The translations under genes and the position numbers were made by a program. Positions 59,338 to 64,000 of a DNA stretch of 64,000 bases are shown piece by piece. Location of the stretch: the NCBI GenBank assembly GCA_963793305.1, contig CAWBZV010000002.1, positions 1 to 64,000 of the forward strand. Direction: 5' to 3'. Positions within the stretch are counted from its first letter, which is position 1; each line of letters opens with the position of its first letter. Origin of the DNA: an uncultured Gemmatimonadales bacterium. GTDB taxonomy: Bacteria; Gemmatimonadota; Gemmatimonadetes; Gemmatimonadales; Gemmatimonadaceae. A model generated the notes under the pieces. That model was not told the DNA's origin. It saw nothing but the letters and a program-made list of their open reading frames with translations, and did no database searches.

Positions 59338-61292
59338 CGCGGGAACGCTTCGGGAAGCCCCCCGTCGACCGTGATAATATCTCCGGTCGTATACCGAAAC
59401 CGCTCGCTCACCAAGAGCGCCGCGAGATCGGCCACCGTGTCCGCGGGGATCAGCGACACGCCCATCACGTTTCGCCGCCGGTACGTTTCTAACTGCTCCT
59501 CGACCGACACACCGCGCGACGTCGCTCGCTCCTGGACGAACTTCATGAACATGGGCGTCTCGATCTGATCGGCGTTGATGGCGTTCACGCGAATGCCATC
59601 GGCGCCGAGCTCCACGGCGGCCACACGCATGGCCTGTAAGAGCGCCGCCTTGCTGCCTCCGTATGCCACCGCATCCCGCCCTGGGGCCAAAGCGGCCTTT
59701 GAGACCGATCCCACAATCGCGCCGCCAAGTCCCTGTCGCTTCATGACGGCCGCCGCTTTGCCCATGGCCAGCACGGCGCCCATATAGTGGATGTCGAGCT
59801 GGCGTTGCAGGTCCTCGCGCCGGATGTCGGTCACGGCCGCGAAGCGGGGCGCTTGGCCGGCCGTATAGAACAACGAATCCAGCCCACCGAACTCGATGAC
59901 CGTACGGCGCACGAGCTCCGCCAGACTGGCATCGTCGCGCACGTCGACGCGAAGACCGAGCCCGCGCGACGGATGGCGCCCATTGATCTCGGCCGCGACG
60001 GTCTCGGCCGCCGTGCCATCGAGGTCCGCGGCGACGACATGAGCGCCCTCGTGAGCGAAGCGGAGCGCGGCGGCTCGCCCGATGCCGCTGCCAGCGCCGA
60101 TGATGATCGCGACGTGGCGCGCGAGTAAGAGCGCAGTGCGTTCCTTCGCGTCCTGCTCGTCGATCTTCCGGCGCTCCAGTGGCCAATGCTCGAACTCGAA
60201 CACGTTGGCGTCCGAGAGGAACGTGAATCGATCGATCGACTCGGCGTTCACGATCGCTTCGAGCGTCGCGCGATAACACAGATTCGCGGTCACGGCCGCA
60301 CGCTTGTCTCGTCCGGCGGTGATCATGCCAAGGCCCGGCGCAAGCACCACTTTCGCCCAATCGTCGAGCGGGCGCTCGCCGTGCGTCGCGTACTTCGCAT
60401 GATACGCTTCGTACGCTTCGCGTTGCTCGACGAGCTGCTCGCGCATGTCCTGCATGGGATCAATCCACAGTGGCACTCGCCCAGCGCGAAGAATGTGCTC
60501 CGGCGTCGCCATCCCGCGACGAACCACCTCGCGCAAACCCGGCATCGCCAGCGTCGACAGGACGTCCTCGGCTCCGTCGAAATGCAGGATCACGCGAGTC
60601 GTCGACCCCAACACGCCACGCACGACCGGGAGCGCGACCTCGACGGGAGGTGCGGAACGCGCCACCGGAGCGGCCTGCGCGCGGCGTTTGGTGGCGAGAT
60701 AGTCGTCGATGATCTTGATCGCGCGAACGAGCCGGTCATAACACTCGCGCGTGCTCTCGGCCCACACGACGAGACCGTGGTGCGCCAGCGTCATTCCGAT
60801 GGCGCGCTCGGGGATCTGGTCCACCATGCGACTCACGGCTCGCGCCAGCGGGAATCCGGGCCGCACGTACGGCACGTACACGATCTCCCCGTTGAAGAGA
60901 TCATTGACGAGCCGCTCGGCGACCGCGTCAGTCACGTTTGTCAGGCTCATGGTCGCGACGTCATGCGTATGCGCGATCACGCGATGCGGGAGCAGCGAGT
61001 GGAGCGGCGTTTCGACGCTCGGTGATGGTTGATCAGGCTGCAGCATGCAACCCGCCATGAACCGCATCATCTCGGCGTCGTCCATCGACTCCGCCGTGCG
61101 CAACGCGGCCAGCGCGGGCAACGACAGGCGGGTGAATCCCTTGCGGCCGATCGTGCGCAGATCGGTGCCGCTCCCTTTCACCAAGAGCTCGGATCCGATC
61201 TTGATCGATGTATTTCCACCACCGGGCTGAACGAGACGCGTATCTCGGCCCATGAGGTTGGAGAGCTCGACGAGCTGGTCCAATTCATCCAT
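59334..61292 (-). CDS. Bifunctional class II aldolase/short-chain dehydrogenase (rhamnulose-1-phosphate aldolase/SDR type)
   Basis: GGGNTS, KGSG.DL, PSVETPLH, HTH, HHGL, TPEH; GAGSGIG and YGGSK. Confidence 0.88.
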   Translation of the reverse strand: MDELDQLVELSNLMGRDTRLVQPGGGNTSIKIGSELLVKGSGTDLRTIGRKGFTRLSLPALAALRTAESMDDAEMMRFMAGCMLQPDQPSPSVETPLHSLLPHRVIAHTHDVATMSLTNVTDAVAERLVNDLFNGEIVYVPYVRPGFPLARAVSRMVDQIPERAIGMTLAHHGLVVWAESTRECYDRLVRAIKIIDDYLATKRRAQAAPVARSAPPVEVALPVVRGVLGSTTRVILHFDGAEDVLSTLAMPGLREVVRRGMATPEHILRAGRVPLWIDPMQDMREQLVEQREAYEAYHAKYATHGERPLDDWAKVVLAPGLGMITAGRDKRAAVTANLCYRATLEAIVNAESIDRFTFLSDANVFEFEHWPLERRKIDEQDAKERTALLLARHVAIIIGAGSGIGRAAALRFAHEGAHVVAADLDGTAAETVAAEINGRHPSRGLGLRVDVRDDASLAELVRRTVIEFGGLDSLFYTAGQAPRFAAVTDIRREDLQRQLDIHYMGAVLAMGKAAAVMKRQGLGGAIVGSVSKAALAPGRDAVAYGGSKAALLQAMRVAAVELGADGIRVNAINADQIETPMFMKFVQERATSRGVSVEEQLETYRRRNVMGVSLIPADTVADLAALLVSERFRYTTGDIITVDGGLPEAFPR

Positions 61293-61382
61293 GTGGGAAA
61301 TGATACGGGGCCGTGGCAGCCGCGTCACGGCCGCGCAATCGGGACGGGCGAGGATCACGAGTCTCCTCACCCAAGGTGCCGT

Positions 61383-62942
61383 ATGGTCCGACATCACGCC
61401 GCATGGTTGGCTCTCGTGGTCGCCGTCGCCGCCGCCGGTTGCGATCGACCGAGCAATCCTGTCACGCCCCAGGCCGAGCTCACCGCCAATCGAATCGGTC
61501 AGCATGGATCGAATCACATCAAGCACGTGCTGCTCATTAGTGTCGACGGGTTTCACGCGGTCGACCTGCGCCGGTATGTCGCGGCGCACCCGACGTTGAC
61601 GCTGGCCAAACTCAGCCAGCACGGCGTGACATTCTTCGGCGGCACCACATCGAAACCGTCCGACTCGTGGCCGGGCATCCTGGCGATCACGACAGGCGGC
61701 TCGCCGAAAAGCACGGGCATCATCTACGAGGTCTCATACGATCACTCGCTGTCGCCACCGGGAGACGTGGCGTGCGACACGCTCGGCACGGTGGTCGACT
61801 ATAGCGAGTTCATCGACATCAACTCGAACCTGCTCAATGGTGGCGGCGGCATCAATCCGCTCAACCTGCCGCGCGACCCAAAGAACGGTTGCTCGCCGGT
61901 GTATCCGCACCAGCATCTGAAGGTCAACACGATCTTCGAAGTCGCGAAGACCGCGGGATTCCGCACGGCGTGGTCGGACAAGGATCTGAGCTACGAGGTC
62001 CTCAATGGACCGTCGGGTCATGGCATCGACGACGACTTCAATCCCGAGATCGCGGCGCCGCTGCCAAACGGTCAGACCCCGACGACGAACGTCGCCGACT
62101 GCGAGCAGTATGACAGCATCAAGGTGCAGGCGATCCTGAATGAGATCGATGGCCACGATCACGCGGGTGCCGGATCGTTCGGCGCGCCCGGGATCTTCGG
62201 CATGAACTTCCAGACCGTGAGTGTCGGGGAGAAGACCGCGGGCTACCTCGATGCCGCTGGCACGCCGACTCCCGGTCTCGCCGGTGCGCTCGACTGGGTC
62301 GATGGTGCACTTGGCAAGTTCGTCGCCGAGCTCGATAAAGACGGCCTTCTCAACTCGACCTTAATCGTCGTCTCGGCCAAGCACGGCCAGGCGCCAATCA
62401 ACCCCGCTCTGCGCAAGATCGTCGATGATGCGATCATCCCGAACGTGATCAACGCCGCCGAGCCGGGTGTTGTCGCGGCGACGACCGAGGACGATATCGG
62501 TCTCATCTGGCTGAATCGGCATACGCGTGCGGCGGTCGAAGGTGCGGTCGATGCGTTGCAGGCCAATAGTTCGACGATCGGCATCGATGACATCCTGTCC
62601 GGCGATCGGCTCGCTCACCAGTTCAATTCCGTAGCGAGAGACCCGCGCGCGCCCGACATCATCGTCGTGCCGAACCTGGGTGTGATCTACGCGTCGCCGA
62701 CGGCAACGAAGCTCGCCGAGCATGGCGGCTTCAGCCACGACGACACCAACGTGCCGATTCTCCTCTCGTGGAGCGGTGGCACCGGCGAGTCGTTCGACGA
62801 GCCGGTCGAGACCAAGCAGATCGCGCCGACCATCCTCGAAGCGCTCGGCCTCGACGGCGATCGCTTGGAGGCCGTCCGGCTCGAAGGCACGAGGGCGCTG
62901 CCTATCGACTTCGATACTCGCCCGGTGTTCGTCCGACAATAG
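61383..62942 (+). CDS. Alkaline phosphatase superfamily (type I phosphodiesterase-like) lipoprotein
   Basis: Lipobox AAGC; LLISVDGFH, PSDSWPG, SAKHG, AEHGG. Confidence 0.88.
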   Translation: MVRHHAAWLALVVAVAAAGCDRPSNPVTPQAELTANRIGQHGSNHIKHVLLISVDGFHAVDLRRYVAAHPTLTLAKLSQHGVTFFGGTTSKPSDSWPGILAITTGGSPKSTGIIYEVSYDHSLSPPGDVACDTLGTVVDYSEFIDINSNLLNGGGGINPLNLPRDPKNGCSPVYPHQHLKVNTIFEVAKTAGFRTAWSDKDLSYEVLNGPSGHGIDDDFNPEIAAPLPNGQTPTTNVADCEQYDSIKVQAILNEIDGHDHAGAGSFGAPGIFGMNFQTVSVGEKTAGYLDAAGTPTPGLAGALDWVDGALGKFVAELDKDGLLNSTLIVVSAKHGQAPINPALRKIVDDAIIPNVINAAEPGVVAATTEDDIGLIWLNRHTRAAVEGAVDALQANSSTIGIDDILSGDRLAHQFNSVARDPRAPDIIVVPNLGVIYASPTATKLAEHGGFSHDDTNVPILLSWSGGTGESFDEPVETKQIAPTILEALGLDGDRLEAVRLEGTRALPIDFDTRPVFVRQ

Positions 62943-63723
62943 CCTTGAAATCTTTAATGAAGTGGGCTTGGTCGAAGTAGCCGAGCTCGAATGCGAGTTG
63001 CGTCCAGTCGACCGTTTCGCCTTTCGCGAGACGGTCGACTGCTTCGTGGAGTCGGTGGCGATTGATGACCCATTTCGGGCTGACTCCGACATAGCGGGCG
63101 AACAGTCTCTGGAGCGATCGCACGCTGAGGCCAGTCCGTCTGGCAACTATTTCGACCCTCGTGATCGTCCGATCGGCCGCGATCTGTTCGACGATCTGTC
63201 CGATCCGCTCGGCCATCGCGTCACGCTGCGGGTTTTGCCCTCTCAAGAAGTCTTCGGCAACGGCGACCATGGCTCGCTCGCTTCGCTTTGCGAGCACACG
63301 CGGGGCGAGCGTCTCGCCGGTGGGGGCGAATATGTCACCGAGTGGCAGAATACGATTCGTCAGCCGTGAGACGGGAAATTTCACGAACGGGTAGAATCCG
63401 CCTGGGCGGAATTTGATGCCAAAGACTTTACCCTTACCCTCGATCACGCGCGTGAATCTGCCTTTGACAACCCCGTAGACGCCGGACAGGCGGGATTCGA
63501 GCGCGATGTGAACCGAGGGATGCGGCAGCGTCTCCTGCGTCTGGGCCTCGTGGCCCCGCAGGTCCCAGGTAATGATCCAATAGTGCCCGACAAAGGGCGC
63601 CAGGTCTGGAGAGGGGGCGAGGCGGACCAGAGAGCCGAGCTCCGACCGCCGCTCCGGGTAGAGAATTCCGCGCGGTCCAACGTCGTCGCGTTTTTCCAAT
63701 ACGCGCTCGGGTTGCGGCGCCAT
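62902..63723 (-). CDS. AraC family regulator (DUF6597-type N-terminus)
   Basis: FVGHYW, LPHPSV, RSLQRLF..YVG.SPKW, LGYFDQAHF. Confidence 0.9.
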   Translation of the reverse strand: MAPQPERVLEKRDDVGPRGILYPERRSELGSLVRLAPSPDLAPFVGHYWIITWDLRGHEAQTQETLPHPSVHIALESRLSGVYGVVKGRFTRVIEGKGKVFGIKFRPGGFYPFVKFPVSRLTNRILPLGDIFAPTGETLAPRVLAKRSERAMVAVAEDFLRGQNPQRDAMAERIGQIVEQIAADRTITRVEIVARRTGLSVRSLQRLFARYVGVSPKWVINRHRLHEAVDRLAKGETVDWTQLAFELGYFDQAHFIKDFKAIVGRTPGEYRSR

Positions 63724-63734
63724 CATATGCTCAT

Positions 63735-64000
63735 ATGACGATACCACGATTTGTCGAGTCGTCGATCCATATCGACGCGCCGGCGTCCCGGGTCTGGAAG
63801 GTGTTGACCGACGCCGAGTACACGAGGCGCTACATGTTCGGCTGCGAGATCGTCAGCGACTGGTCGATCGGCGGGCGGTTCGACTGGAAGGGTGCGGCGG
63901 ACGGGGTGATCTACGTCAAGGGATTATTGCGGGACGCCGAGCCGAATCGATTGCTGAGCTACACGATGATCGATCCGAGCTCGGACCTCGAGGACGTGCC
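63735..64000 (+). CDS. SRPBCC/AHSA1 domain protein, partial
   Basis: MTIPRFVESSIHIDAPASRVWKVLTD..YMFG...SDW; runs off the window end. Confidence 0.8.
   Translation, partial: MTIPRFVESSIHIDAPASRVWKVLTDAEYTRRYMFGCEIVSDWSIGGRFDWKGAADGVIYVKGLLRDAEPNRLLSYTMIDPSSDLEDV

Noticed and set aside
59334..61292. Aldolase-SDR fusion as a novelty
   Set aside because: This is a well-known bifunctional family; only the lack of neighbouring rhamnose genes is mildly notable.

Overview
High-GC, gene-dense bacterial window of about 65 CDS. I found no rRNA, tRNA, CRISPR array, integrase or transposase. The gene mix (lipoproteins, BNR/VPS10 glycosyl hydrolase, Ig/RCC1 surface protein, cytochrome-fused quinoprotein) suggests a soil Gemmatimonadota/Acidobacteriota-like organism, which is inference only. 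Many genes carry indels, mostly in the first 12 kb, and these are probably read or assembly errors. Main blocks: (1) 0-16 kb: hydrolases and regulators, including a QAHYDH-type subclass B3 metallo-beta-lactamase, a creatininase/ketopantoate reductase/SDR/M20 operon, amtB, and a beta-lactamase-fold protein lacking its catalytic motifs. (2) 16-27 kb: an accessory island of orphan, chimeric or eroded conflict-system-like genes (Hcp-like, Tlde1/DUF2778-like, Imm70-like, DUF6966-Hsp70-like, DUF3829, and three paralogs of an unknown membrane family). It contains a two-gene cassette bounded by an exact 25-bp direct repeat. (3) 36.7-46.4 kb: a putative oxidative amino-sugar/sugar-acid pathway built around a single-ORF MFS-gluconolactonase-CBM9-like fusion, with a di-heme quinoprotein, a DSD1/D-threonine-aldolase-family PLP enzyme, dgoK, dgoA and a Tat-exported SelA/DgaE-like enzyme, but no dgoD. 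(4) 47-64 kb: an orphan DNA methyltransferase, secreted hydrolases and regulators. Many starts have a TAnnnT box 5-7 nt before the ATG, suggesting leaderless mRNAs. All family assignments come from motif recognition by eye; no searches were run.
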